Assembly: GCF_009914755.1 (NCBI RefSeq)
Contig: NC_060927.1
Length of the DNA: 64,000 nt
Source: the human T2T-CHM13v2.0 reference genome, Homo sapiens
Direction: 5' to 3' (one strand)
Shown: positions 1 through 17,995 of the stretch, one piece after another
Layout: each line of letters opens with the position of its first letter
Position numbering within the stretch: the stretch's first letter is position 1
Notes under the pieces: model-generated
Seen by the model: only the letters and a program-made list of their open reading frames with translations
Database searches by the model: none
What the model was told of the DNA's origin: nothing
Made by a program: the position numbers and the translations under genes

Positions 1-363
1 TTCAAATCATATACTGCAGCCTGTAGTCCTGTAATCCATCTTCAAAGAGTTCCCTCCAAGTTTGCTCCATAGTTGGGTCTTCCATAAACATTCCGCCTTT
101 TTATAAGCCAACTACTTTGGGATAACAAGAGATATGGTAAAACCAGTGAATCTCATGATGTTGCCTTGCTTCTTATCTTTGAATTGAGCCTTCGTCAGAG
201 GTAATGCTGAGTAGAAGGACATAATAGTGAACAGAATTCATTGCTGGAAATAGAAGACAGAAGACAAGTGGAACATGATACATCTAATTACTTATTCTCA
301 AATGTCTTGCTTCCTATCCATCCAATAGTAATTTATAGTTTTATTATCAAAACGTATTCTGTG

Positions 364-1176
364 AAAATATAACTGTTGGCAAGGATGTGGAGAACAGGGA
401 ACACTTGTATAATATTGATGGGAATGTAAATTACTATAGTCATTATGGAAAACAGTATGGAGGTTCCTCAAGAAACTAAAAATAGAACTACCATATGATC
501 CACTGATCCCACTTTTGGGTATTTACCTAGAAGATTTGGAAGGAGCATGTCAAAGAGATGTCTGCACTTGCATGTTTGCTGCAGCACTGTTCACAATAGC
601 CAAGATAAGGAATCTAACTAAGTGTCCATTAACAGGTGAATGGATAAAGAAAATGTGTACATATGCACAAAATGGTACTATTCAGCCTTTGAAAAGAAAG
701 AAATTGTCATTTGCAACAACATAGATGGAATTAGAGAACATTTTGCTAACTGAAATAAGCCAGGCACAGAAAGACAAATGCTGCATGTTCTCATTTATAT
801 GTGGAATCTAAGATGATCGAACTCATAGAAGCAGAGAATAGAATGGTGGTTACCAGAGACTGGAGGATGGAGGAATGGGGAGATGATGGTCAAAGGGCAC
901 AAAGCCTCAGTGAGACAAGAGGAATAAATTTTTTTAGATTTATTGCACAAAACATAGTGGATATAGTTAATAATAGCGTATTGTACATTTCAAAACTGCT
1001 GAGAGTACATTTCAAATGTTCTCACCACAAAAATCACAAGTATGTGAGGTGATGGATGTTAATTAGCTTGATTTAATTATTCAACGTTGCATTCATATAT
1101 CATAACATCGCTTTGTGTCCCATAAATATGCACAACTATAATTTGTCAATTTACAATAATTTTTTTTAAGTTTAAA
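364..1176 (+). mobile_element. Old L1 (L1MA-like) 3' end inserted in MER5A
   Basis: ORF2 C-terminal remnant + 3'UTR; TSD aaaacgtattctgtg (349-363) / aaaatgtcttctgtg (1177-1191). Confidence 0.85.
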
Positions 1177-1184
1177 AAAATGTC

Positions 1185-1352
1185 TTCTGTGGACCAGCAG
1201 CCGCAGTGTTATCTGAGAGCTTGTGTAATATGTAAGTTCTCAGACCACAACCCAGGCCTACTGAATCAAAAACTCTGGGAGTGGGTTTTAAAAATCTGTG
1301 TTTTAACAAGTTCTCCAGGCGATTCTGATGTTCACTAAAGTTTGAGAAGCAA
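1185..1352 (+). mobile_element. MER5A-like hAT DNA transposon
   Basis: ggaccagcag...cctactgaatca...ttttaacaag...gattctgatg...aaagtttgagaa. Confidence 0.8.
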
Positions 1353-1386
1353 TAATTTAGTTTTAGTGCTTAAAGGAAGAGTGCGT

Positions 1387-1400
1387 CCACCAGGGGGCAC
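1387..1400 (+). promoter_or_regulatory. CTCF core motif
   Basis: CCACCAGGGGGCAC versus consensus CCACCAGGGGGCGC. Confidence 0.65.
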
Positions 1401-1470
1401 AGCAATGGTTCCACTGGGTTGAAAGATAAGATTACCGCATTGTCATGTTCCTCATGCTTTGTGGATAGGA

Positions 1471-1481
1471 TTTTCTTTCTT

Positions 1482-1514
<33 letters not shown>

Positions 1515-1537
1515 CTCTCTCTCTCTTTCTTTCTTTA
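1471..1537 (+). repeat. (CTTT)n/(CT)n microsatellite derived from an L1 poly(A) tail
   Basis: Seen directly; adjoins an L1 3' end. Confidence 0.85.
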
Positions 1538-1879
1538 ATTTTACTTTAAGTTCTGGGATACATGTGCAGAACCTGCAGGTTTGTTACATAGGTATACATG
1601 TGCCATAGTGGTTTGCTGCACTCATCAACCCATCATCTAGGTTTTAAGCCCCACATGCATTCGGTATTTGTCCTAATGCTCTCCATCCCCTTGCCCCCCA
1701 CTCCCTGACAGGCCCCAGTGTGAGATGTTCCCCTCCCTGTGTCCATGTGTTCTCACTGTTCAACTCCCACTTATGAGTGAGAACATGTGGTGTTTGGTTT
1801 TCTGTTGCTGTGTTAATTTGCTGAGAATGATGGCTTCTAGTTTCATCCATGTTCCTGTAAAGGATGTGAACTCATTCCT

Positions 1880-2275
1880 TTTCTTTTTTTTAATATATAT
1901 ATTTTTATTATACTTTCAGTTCTAGAGTACATGTGCACAATGTGCAGGTTTGTTACATATGTACACATGTGCCATGTTCGTGTGCTGCACCCATTAACTC
2001 GTCATTTAACACTAGGTATATCTCCTAATGCTACCCCTCCCCACTCCCCCACCCCACAACAGACTCCAGTGTGTGATGTTCCCCTTCCTGTGTCCAAGTG
2101 TTCTCATTGTTCAGTTCCTACCTATGAGTGACAACATGCGGTGTTTGGTTTTTTGTCCTTGCGATAGTTTGCTGAGAATGATGGTTTCCAGCTTCATCCA
2201 TGTCCCTACAAAGGACATGAACTCATCATTTTTTATGGCTGCATAGTATTCCATGGTGTATATGTGCCACATTTT
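1880..2275 (-). mobile_element. Younger L1PA 3' end fragment
   Basis: L1 3'UTR with its own T-rich tail at about 1878-1908. Confidence 0.85.
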
Positions 2276-2307
2276 CTTTTTCTTTATTTTTTATAGCAGG
2301 ATATGAC

Positions 2308-5331
<3,024 letters not shown>

Positions 5332-8300
5332 TACGAGGCTCTCTGTTTGTCTGTTATTGGTGTATAAGAATGCTTGTGATTTTTGTACATTGATTTTGTA
5401 TCCTGAGGCTTTGCTGAAGTTACTTATCAGCTTAAGGAGTTTTGGGGCTGAAAGGTTGGGGTTTTCTAAATATACAATCATGCCATCTGCAAACAGAGAC
5501 AATTTGACTTCCTCTCTTCCTATTTGAATACCCTTTATTTATTTTTCTTGCCTGATTTCCCTGGCCAGAACTTCCAATACTATGTTGAATAGGAGTGGTG
5601 AGAGAGGGCATCCTTGTCTTGTGCTGGTTTTCAAAGGAATGCTTCCAGATTTTGCTCATTCAGTATGACATTGGCTATGGGTTTTTCACGAATAGATCTT
5701 ATTATTTTGAGATGTGTTTCATCAATACCTGGTTTATTGAGAGTTTTTAACATGAAGGGATGTTGAATTGTATCAAAGGCCTTTTCTGCATCTATTGAGA
5801 TAATCATGTGGTTTTTGTCATTGGTTCTGTTTATGTGATGGATTACGTTTATTGATTTGTGTATGTTGAACCAGCCTTGCATCCCAGGGAAGAAGCTGAC
5901 TTGATCATAGTGGATAAGCTTTTTATATGCTGCTGGATTCAGTTTGCCAGTATTTTATTGAGGATTTTCACATCAGTGTTCATCAGGGATATTGGCCTGA
6001 AATTTTTTTTGTGTATCTCTGCCAGGTTTTGATAGCAGGATGATGCTGACCTCATAAAATGAGTTAGAGAGAAGTCCCTCTTTTTCTATTGTTTGGAAGA
6101 GTTTCAGAAGGAATGGTACCAGCTCCAATTTCTACCTCTGGTAGAATAAGGCAGGCCTGGTGGTAACAAAATCCCTCAGCATTTGCTTGTCTGTAAAGGA
6201 TTTTATTTCTCCTTTGCTTATGAAGTTTAGTTTGGCTGGATATGAAATTCTGGGTTGAAAATTCTTTTCTTTAGTAATGTTGAATATTGGCCCCCACTCT
6301 CTTCTGGCTTGTAGAGTTTCTGCAGAGAGATCAGCTGTTAGTCTGATGGTCTTCCCTTTGTAGGTAACCTGACCTTTCTTTCTGGGTGCCTTTAACATGT
6401 TTTCCTTCGTTTCAACTTTGGAGAATCTGATGATTATGTGTCTTGGGTTGCTCTTCTCAAGGACTATCTTAGTGGTGTTCTCTGTATTTCCTGAATTTGA
6501 ATGTTGGCCTGTTTGCTAGGTTGGGGAACTTCACCTGGATAATATCCTGAAGTGTGTTTTCCAACTTGGTTCCATTCTCTCCGTCACTTTCAGGTAAACC
6601 AATCAAATCATACGTTTGGTATTCTCACGTAGTCCCATATTTCTTGGAGGCTTTGTTTGTTCCTTTTCATTCTTTTTTTCTCTAACCTTGCCTTCATAGC
6701 TTATTTCAGTAAAGCAGTCTTCAGTCTCTGATATCCTCTCTTCTGCTTGATCCATTCAGCTATTGATACTTGTGTATGCTTCACGAAGTTCTCATGCTGT
6801 GTTTTTCAGCTCCATCAGGTCATTTATGTTCTTCTCTAAACTGCTTATTCTTGTTAGCAGTTCCTGTAACCTTTTATTAAGGCTCTTAGCTTCCTTGCAT
6901 TGGGTTAGAACATGCTCCTTTAGCTCAGACAAGTTTGTTTTTACCCACCTTCTGAAGCCTATTTCTGTCAATTCATCAATCTCATTCTCCTTCCAGTCTT
7001 GTGCCCATGCTGGACAGGAGTTGTGATCATTTGGAGAAGAGGCATCCTGGTTTTTGGAATTTTCAGCATTTTTGCACTGGTTTTTCCTCATCTTCATGGA
7101 TTTATCTACCTTTGATTTTTGAGGATGATAATCTTTGGGTGGGTTTTTTGTGTGGGTGTCTTTTTTGTTGATGTTGATGTTGTTGCTTTCTGTTTGTTAG
7201 TTTTTCTTCTAATAGCCAGGAACCTTTTTCTTCAGGTCTGCTGCAGTTTGCTGGGGGTCTACTCCAGACCCTGTTACACCTGGTATCACCAGTGGAGGCT
7301 GCAGAACAGCAAAGATTGCTGCCTGCTCCTTCCTCTGGAATCTTCATCCCAGGGGGGCACTGGCCTGATGCCAGCCAGAGCTGTCCTGTATGAGGTATGT
7401 GTCAACCCCTGTTGGGAAGTCTCTCCCAGTCAGGGGGCATGGGGGTCAGGGACCCACTTGAGGAGGCAGTTTGTCCCTTAGGAGAGCTGGTGCACTGTGC
7501 TGGGAGAATCCTCCTTGTCAGGATCAGCTGCTCTCTTCAGTGCCGGCAGGCAGGAAAGATTAAATTTGCTGAAGCTGTGCCCACAGCAGTCCTTTCCTCC
7601 AGGTGCTGTGTCCCAAGGAGATGGACATTTTTTCTGTAAGCTCCTTACTGGGGCTGCTGCCTTTCCTTCAGAGATGCCCTCCCCCGTTAAGAGGAATCTA
7701 GAGAAACAGTCTGGCCACAGCCTCTTTGCTGCCCTGTGGTGAATTCTGCTCAGTCCAAACCTCCCAGCCTCCTTAGCACTGTCAGGGGAAAACCGCCTAC
7801 TAAAGCCTCAGTAATGGCAGACGCCCCTTCCCCCACTCCAAGCTTGATGGTCCCAGGTCAACTTCAGATTGCTGTGTTGGCAGTGAGAATTTCAAGCCGG
7901 TGGTTCTTAGCTTGCTGGCCTCTGTGGGAGTGGGACCCACTGAGCAAGACCACTGGGCTCCCTGGCTTCAGCCCCCTTTCCAGGGGAGTGAACAGTTCTG
8001 TCTCACTGGGGTTCCAGGTGCCACTGGGGTACAAAAAGAAGAAACTCCTGCAGCTAGCTTAGTGTCTGCCCAAACAGCCACGCCGTTTTGTGCTTGAAAC
8101 CTAGGGCCCTTGTGGTGTTGGCACAAGAGGGAATCTCCTGATCTGTGGATTGCAAAAACCGCGGGAAAAGTGTAGTAACCTGGCTGGGTAGCACAGTCCC
8201 TCACGCTTCTCTTGGCTCAAGGAGGGAGGTCCCCCAGCTCCATGCACTTCCTAGGTGAAGCAACGCCACACCTTGCTTCTACTCACTCTCCATAGGTTGT

Positions 8301-9071
8301 ACCCACTGCCTAACCAGTCCCAGTGAGATAAACTGGGTACCTCAATTTATGCAGAAATAACCTGCCTTCTGCATTGGTCTTGCTGGTAGGTGCAGACCAG
8401 AGCATTTCCTATTCAGCCATCTTGGCCCCTCACCAATGGATAAGATTTTCTTTTTAAAAGTTAAAATGTAACTTAAAACCCAAATCACAAAACAATTAAT
8501 ATAGTTAACAGTGACTTTCTATGTAATAGCATGTACATCTTGTACACTGGACCAAAAATTACACTTCTAATATAGCTAAACAAATAAGATGCAAAATAAA
8601 TCGCTTGAAAAACTGTAGACAAAATGTACAAGCAAAACAAGGTGGCTTATATTTACTAAATGAAGTAGAAATTTAAGGTAGAAGAAAGTTGAGAAGAGAC
8701 ATAAGGAAGGGGGTTAAAGCTGTAGTGGTTTGTCATTGGTTGTGGCAGGTGATGGCACAGAGGAGTTAGGTGGTGGAGGGTCAATTTCAGGATCTGATAA
8801 GATTCTCCATCATGTTGATGTTGCTATATCCGTTTCTCAGGGAATGAGGTTTGATGCTTTTGGATGAAGAAAGTTGCTAAATAGAGCTTTGCTCTTTGCT
8901 GATGCTCCTCTTGTTTACTTTCATACACGTCTTTCTATGGTTCCAAAAAGACATTGGGCCATTTTTGAAAGAAAGGCTTTTATCATATTGCCACCATGGT
9001 CAAGGACATTATTTTTGCATCTGCATTGCCATAAATTCTTTGACGTCAGCTGCATTTGGTGGTTTGGTTAG

Positions 9072-9460
<389 letters not shown>

Positions 9461-9559
9461 AAAATTTGGTAGTTCTTTAGTCTGAGATTTCAAAACCTTC
9501 CAAGATATTTTTATCTGTTTCTGCAAAGAGAGCTTCCTTTGGAAGGGTGGATATATTTA

Positions 9560-10023
<464 letters not shown>

Positions 10024-10160
10024 TTACCTAAATTGTCTCTATTCACACTGTTCGAAATGTCTACATGTAGTTCTAACATGAATTTCAATGGTATGTGGGA
10101 TGTAATTTGAGAATTTTCTCAGAATATGTTTTGTTTAAACTGCTGAACTGAGTTTTGTAG

Positions 10161-10480
<320 letters not shown>

Positions 10481-10485
10481 GTTCT

Positions 10486-11050
10486 ATTTTTTTATTTTTT
10501 GTGGATACACGGTAGGTGTATACATTTATGCATACATTTATGGGGTACATGAGATATTTTGGTACAGGCATGCAATAGTCTAATAACTATATCAAGGAAA
10601 ATTGGGCATTCATCACCGCAAGCATTCATCCTTTTTGTTACAAATAATCCAACTATCATCTTTTAGTTAGTTTAAAATATACAATTAAATTATTATTGAC
10701 TATAGTCACCCTGCTGTGCTATCAAATATTAGGTCTTATTCATTCTTTCTAACTATTTTTTTTTACCATTAAGCATCCACACCTCATTCCCAACCCCCTA
10801 CCCCCGCTGACCCCCACAGCCACTACACTCTTTCCAGCCTCTGGGTAACTGCCACTCTATCCTGTATCCTTGACATTGGTCTGAGCAAAAATTTCGTGGG
10901 TAATGCCCTAATAGCATAGGCAACAAAAGCAAAAATGGTCAAATGTGATCATATTAAGTTAAAAAGCTTCTGCACAACAAATGAAAAACCAACAAAGTGA
11001 AGAGACAACCCATATAATGGCAGAAAATATTTGCAAACTACCCATCTGAA
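10486..11050 (-). mobile_element. L1MA-like element with inverted 5' part
   Basis: 3' end on minus strand at 10486-10865; ORF2 segment on + strand at 10870-11050. Confidence 0.7.
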
Positions 11051-11249
11051 ATATGTTGTAGTAAGAGATACCCGTGTTCCACGAAGTGTTTGAATTAAAA
11101 ACCAAAATGCTTTATATCAAGATAGGCTAACTGGAGAATGATTTTGTGGAATATGCATCAGTTATTCACAAATCAATGCTAATAAATGTTCAAACATTTG
11201 AATATTTTTTAGATAAATATGAAATAAAAAGAAATTAATCATATGAATA

Positions 11250-13390
11250 TATGTGTAATCATTAAATAAACTGAGCCACTTATCAAAATTCTACTCTTCT
11301 GTAAAAGGGAAAACTCCCTGCCTTATTTTAGGAAGTTAGTATAACCTTGACACCAAAATGGCATATGAATACAATGAGGAAGAAAAATTTTAAAATAATC
11401 TTATTAACAAACATAAGTAAACTAAACATAAGTAAAATTCCTAAGTAAAATATTGGCAAACTAAATTCACTACTGTATATAATAAATAACATGATCCATT
11501 AGAGTTTGTCTCAAGATTATAAGAATAATTTACCATTATAAAAAAATCTATTAATCCAGTCTATCATTGTTGGACATTTGGGTTGGTTCCAAGTCTTTGC
11601 TATTGTGAATAATGCCACAATAAACATACGTGTGCATGTGTCTTTATAGAAGCATGATTTAGAGTCCTTTGGGTATATAGCCAGTAATGGGATGGCTGTG
11701 TCAAATGGATTAAGAAAATGTGGCACATATACACCATGGAATACTATGCAGCCATAAAAAACGATGAGTTCATGTCCTTTGTAGGGACATGGATGAAATT
11801 GGAAATCATCATTCTCAGTAAACTATCGCAAGAACAAAAAAACAAACACCACATATTCTCACTCATAGGTGGGAATTGAACAATGAGAACACATAGACAC
11901 AGGAAGGGGAACATCACACTCTGGGGACTGTTGTGGGGTGGGAGGAGGGGGAGGGATAGCATTGGGAGATATACCTAATGCTAGATGACAAGTTAGTGGG
12001 TGCAGCGCACCAGCATGGCACATGTATACATATGTAACTAACCTGCACATTGTGCACATGTACCCTAAAACTCAAAGTATAATAATAATAAATAAATAAA
12101 TTAAATAAATAAATAAATAAATAAATAAAAAATCTATTAATGCAGGCACCTATTAACAGGTAAATGGATCAAAAAATCATATAATTATTTCAATATATCT
12201 AGACAAAGCATTCAACAACCTATTCATATTGACACTCTTAGGAAGCTAGGGATAGAAAGTAATTTCTTTAACCTGATAAAGTGTTATCTACAGAAAACCT
12301 GCTTGCTCCTCAAAATTGTAAAGGCTTCAAAACAATGATCATCTGAGAAACTGCCACTGTCTGGAGGAGTCTAAAAAGAAAGGAAGTCTAAATGTAACAT
12401 GGTATCCTGGATAGGATTTCAGAACAGAAAAAAATTAGGTAAAAATTAAGGAAATCTAAATAAAGTATGGACTTTCCTTAATAATTATGTATTAGTATTG
12501 TTTCATTAATTGTGACCAATGTATCATACTAACAAAAAAATTAACAATAGGGGAAACTGCATGTAGGATATACAGGAACTCTCTAGACTATCTCTTCACA
12601 ACTTCTTTGTAAATCCAATCTAGATGAACCCTTGTCTCTTGTAAGTGTTTTACACTTAAACTCTATTTTTGTCTGAGATTAGTATGACCACTCTAGTTCC
12701 TTTTTGGTTACTATTTGCAATAATATCTTTTTCCATCTTTTCAATTCCAACCTATGTGTGTTCCTAGGTCTAACATGAGTCCCTGAGAGACAGCATGTAG
12801 TGGGATCATGGTTTTTTTAATTAATGTGTTTAGTCTTTTTACCTATCTATAGCATTTTATTGGGGAATTTGATCCATTTATATTTAAAGTAATTATGGAC
12901 AGGGAAGGACTGACTTTTGCCATTTGTTATTTGTTTTCTGTGTCATATAGCTTCCTTTGTCCCTTTCCTCCATTACTACCTTCCCTTGTGTTTAGTTGAC
13001 TTTTTATGGTGACACTTTTTTATTACCATCTCATTTCCTTTCATGTAGATTCTATAAATATTTTCTGTGTGATTACCATAAAGATTATATATAATATCCT
13101 AAAGTTATAAAATCTATTTTGAATTGATACCAACTTAACTTCAATTTCATAAAAAACATTTACTTCTTTAGAGCTCTATCCCTTCCTCCTAACTCCATAT
13201 TATTGTCCCAAATTAGATCTTTATATATGCACCCACTAACATAGACTTGTAATTGTTTTATGCAGTTATGTTTTAGATATTGTAGAAAATACAGAGTTTA
13301 TAAATAAAATTACAATAATTCTGATTTTTATATTTTATTATGTGTTTCCTTTTACTGAAGATCTTTGTATCTTCATAAAGCTTTGAATAA
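11250..13390. mobile_element. Cluster of ancient L1M fragments in both orientations
   Basis: Degenerate ORF2-like and L1MB/MC 3'-like sequence. Confidence 0.6.
11556..12126 (+). mobile_element. Young L1PA2/3-like 5'-inverted (twin-primed) insertion
   Basis: Inverted segment 11556-11708, sense 3' end 11706-12126, (TAAA)n tail, perfect 15-bp TSD aaaaaatctattaat (11541-11555 / 12127-12141). Confidence 0.92.
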
Positions 13391-13443
13391 GAGAGTTTGG
13401 TAAGGTTTATGGGTACAGATCAATATAATAATAACGGTTAACA

Positions 13444-13737
13444 ATTTTTTTTTTTTGAGATAGGGTCTCTCTCTGTAGCCCAGGTTGGAGTGCAGTGGTG
13501 TGATCACAGCTCACTGTAGCCTTGGTCTCCTGGGTTCAAGTGATTCTCCCACCTCAGCCTCCTGAGTCATGGGAACACAGGCCCATGCCACAAGGCCTGG
13601 ATAATTTTTGTATTCTTTGTAGAGACGGGGTTTTGCCATGTTGCCCAGGCTAGTATCAAACTCCTGGGCTCAAGTGATCTGCCTGCATTGGCCTCCCAAA
13701 GTGCTGGGATGACAAGCATGAGCCACCATGCCTGGCC
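13444..13737 (-). mobile_element. AluJ-like
   Basis: Alu dimer with poly(T). Confidence 0.93.
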
Positions 13738-13759
13738 AATAGTTAAAAATTTTGTTTGC

Positions 13760-13980
13760 ATTTATTATGTACCAGACATTGTGCTAAGTATGTTAAGTGT
13801 AAAATCTATTAATATTCACATCAATCATGTGAGAGGACTACAGTAACGACCCTGTTTTACAGAGTTGGAAACTGAGACCCAGAATTTACTAATCTGTTCA
13901 AGTAAGTGGTGGAACTAGGATTTGAATTCCATCAATCTGGATCCAGAGACAATGCTCTCAATCACTATGTTGCACTGTTT
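13760..13980 (+). mobile_element. MIR
   Basis: MIR core ttttacagagttggaaactgagacccaga. Confidence 0.7.
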
Positions 13981-13999
13981 CTCAAAGTTAATACCTGCT

Positions 14000-15010
14000 C
14001 CCTGCATCAGCTACTTTAAAATGTCATTAAAAGACATAGATCCCATTCACGATGTCAAAAATAAGTAAATAAATTCAACCTTATTGGAGGTCATTTTAGA
14101 TGGTCTAAATAAATGGGGGGATACAGTCACTCACGTTTGGGAAGTATCAAGCTAAGTATCTAAAACATGGAAGCTATCCCCAGATTAATCCAGCAATTCA
14201 ATGCAATTCTATCAAAATCTCTAAAAGGTTGTGTGTGTGTGTTTGTATGTGTGTGTGTCTGCATGTACACAACTTCTAGGTGGTTCCCAAATTAACAGGG
14301 AAAAGTAAGAGCTAAGAATAGCTCAGATTATTTTGTACCACAGGACTAAAGAAAGGGAGCATACATCCCTGATATCAAGATTTATAGTAAAGCAACAGTG
14401 GTTAAAACCAGATGGTATGATTGACCAATGAGTGGATGAATAAAACGTGTTATACATGTAAAATAGAATATTATTCAACCTTAAAAAGGAAGGAAATTCT
14501 GGCACATGCTACAACATGGAAGAACCTTGAAGACGTTATAGTAAGTGAAATAAGCCAGTCACAAAAGTGCAAATATTGCATAATATATGAGATACTTAAG
14601 TGAGTTAAATTTATAGACAAATTAGGGAGAATGGTAATTACCAGGGAGTAATGGGATGTTACTGTTTAATATGTGCAGCATTTCATTTTGGGATCATGAA
14701 AACTTTCTGGAGATGAATAGTAGTGATGGTTGCACAACAACGTCAGTGTACTTAATGCCACTGAATTGTACACTCAAAAAGGATTAAAATGATAAATTCT
14801 ATGTAAAGTAGAGTTTACCATAATTTTTAAATAAAAACATGACGTAGAGCAGGAATGAACAACTAGATCAATAGGTAAAAAATATCCACAGAAACAGAAC
14901 CATGAGAGCTTGGTGTATGATAGAACAGACATTAAAATCAGCAGGGAAAATGAGGGACTAATCAGTAAACAGTGTTGGACAACTGGCTATTTATATGGTA
15001 AAATATAAAA
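14000..15010 (+). mobile_element. Ancient L1M fragments (ORF2 and L1MB-like 3' end)
   Basis: Degenerate L1 ORF2/3'UTR motifs (NEWMNK...HATTWKNLEDVI). Confidence 0.7.
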
Positions 15011-15013
15011 TTA

Positions 15014-15304
15014 GGCCGGGCACAGTGGCTCACACCTGTAATCCCCACACTTTGGGAGGTCAAGGTGGGTGGATCACGATGTCAGGAGTTCAAGACCAGC
15101 CTGGCCAAGATGGTGAAATCTTGTCTCTACTAAAAATACAAAAAAAATTAGCTGGGTGTGGTGGCATGCGACTGTAATCCCAGCTATTGGGGAGCTGAGG
15201 CAGAGAATTTCTTAAACCTGGGAGGTGGAGGTTGCAGTGAGCCAAGATTGCGCCACTGCATTCCAGCCTGGGCAACAGAGCAAGATCCCATCTCAAAAAA
15301 AAAA
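15014..15304 (+). mobile_element. AluS
   Basis: Alu dimer, A tail. Confidence 0.95.
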
Positions 15305-15750
15305 TTAGATTCCTATCTCACCTCATACACAAATTAAATTACAGTTGAATGACATTATCAAACCATGAAGGCTAAACTTTAATTTTTTTAGAAAAAATAT
15401 ATGGTGATATCTGTATGATAGTGCAAAAGATTTCTTGAACAAGATATGAAAGGTAAGGTAGTTTCCTACAGCTGCTGGAACAAAATGTCAGAAAGCAGGT
15501 GGCTTTCAACAACAGAAATGTACTCTCTTATAGTTCTGGGGCCCAGAAGTCTGAAATCAAGGTGTCAGCAAGGTCGTGCTCCCTCTGAGATTGCATAGAA
15601 TCAATCCTTCCTTGTTTCTTCCGAGCTTCTGATGATGGCTGTCAATCCTTGGTCATGCTTTGGCTCTCAGCGGCATCACTCCATTCTGTGTCTGTAATCA
15701 CCAGTGTTCTCCCCGTGTGTCTTTGAAACCAAATAACCAAATTTCCCTCC

Positions 15751-16052
<302 letters not shown>

Positions 16053-16084
16053 CAAATTTCCCTCTTCTTACAAAAATGCCAGTG

Positions 16085-16383
<299 letters not shown>

Positions 16384-16607
16384 TACTAGTCATCTTGTAT
16401 TAAGGGCCCATCCTTTTCCAGTATGACCTTACCTTAACTAGTTACATTCACAATGGCCCTATGTCCAAATAAGGTTATATTCTGAGGTACTGGTAAGACT
16501 TCAACATATCTTTCCTGAGGACACAGCACAACTCAACCCAGAACAAAGGTATTAGCCATAAATAAAAGAACTGATACATTTGATCATATTAAATTAAAAG
16601 TAAGAAA

Positions 16608-16613
16608 TTTATT
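16608..16613 (-). terminator. Distal polyadenylation signal AATAAA
   Basis: tttatt on + strand, about 160 nt beyond the proximal signal. Confidence 0.65.
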
Positions 16614-16768
16614 TCTTCTGTAATATGTGTCAAAGATATTATGAAAAAAAGATTAGAAGTCTTTTCCCCCATTTTTAGTAATCTTGATATTATGAAACAA
16701 GTGAGTACTAAAACAAAAACAACAATAAATATGAGCACTACAGCAAACATGACATACTGTAATAGAAT

Positions 16769-16774
16769 TTTATT
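16769..16774 (-). terminator. Proximal polyadenylation signal AATAAA
   Basis: tttatt on + strand, followed on the minus strand by a GT/T-rich downstream element. Confidence 0.8.
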
Positions 16775-16785
16775 GAAAAAAATAA

Positions 16786-17099
<314 letters not shown>

Positions 17100-17567
17100 A
17101 AACTGCGATCTTTTAGTGGTGCCTCTTCTCTCTTTTGACTTAAGGATGTTGTCCCTTAAGGAAACCTGGAGGCTACTACTGTGATACACTACTTGAGAGA
17201 TGGATTGTTGCTCTTTCTTCTACAGTCTTTACAAGGAGTAGATTATAAAGACAGAAGATGTTAACCATTGCATTAATGTTTGGAAGCTGACAGTCTTCTA
17301 GATTTCTGCTAGCAAACTGATATGAGGTAGAGTCCTGAAAGATCTTTCAGCAATTTCATTCTCTTGGGATAAGTGAGTCACTTTCAGAACAGTGTGTGTT
17401 GTAGAATTTTTTGGTTGTGGCTGCTCTACTCAGATTGCATAGAGGTTTTTTTGTTTTCTGTTTTCTGTTTGTTTGTTTTGGTCAGATTTTTTGAAACATC
17501 TTCATAGTGTATCATCCTGAAAACTGAATAGTCACTTTGAGGTTATTGCTTTTTCTTTCCAGGTCAG

Positions 17568-17995
17568 TTAGCCAACTAAAAAGGCCCCAAAAAAACTGGC
17601 TTCATGGTCCATGTCTATCAAGTGCTCATTTGTTACAGAAACAAAAATTCTGTCATTTTCCTTAAGCTCAAATATTCCCCCTTGATAGATGGAATAGAGT
17701 CCATATTCTGCATCTTTAGACCAACAACTATTTCTAGCACTTTTCATCAACAATATAGGGTCAGGATAACTTGTGTATTTGTAAATATATTGGACCATTT
17801 GTTTGTCGTTCTTTGTGTTTTCTTTTATTTCCTCCTGAAATCGAAAGTATGTTTGGGAATAGATGTAGTAAAACCCTTTTTCATGGATGACCAGTTCACC
17901 ATTCCTCAAGTGCAAGTTGCTCAGGAATGAATGCCCACTCCTTGATGATTCCCAGGAGTTTATTTTGCGGCCCAGAGCCTTTTCATTCTTGGAGT
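17568..17995 (-). CDS. TNFSF10: TRAIL coding exon 5 (TNF homology domain), 428 nt to TAA
   Basis: AG acceptor 17997-17996; ...HLRNGELVIHEKGFYYIYSQTYFRFQ...SARNSCWSKDAEYGLYSIYQGGIFEL...FFGAFLVG*. Confidence 0.99.

Noticed and set aside
6132-6160. ORF1-ORF2 junction as a spliced L1 (SpIRE)
   Set aside because: The junction (gcctta|ttctacc) lacks GT/AG context relative to the L1 sequence; a simple deletion is more likely, and a stop follows 4 codons later.
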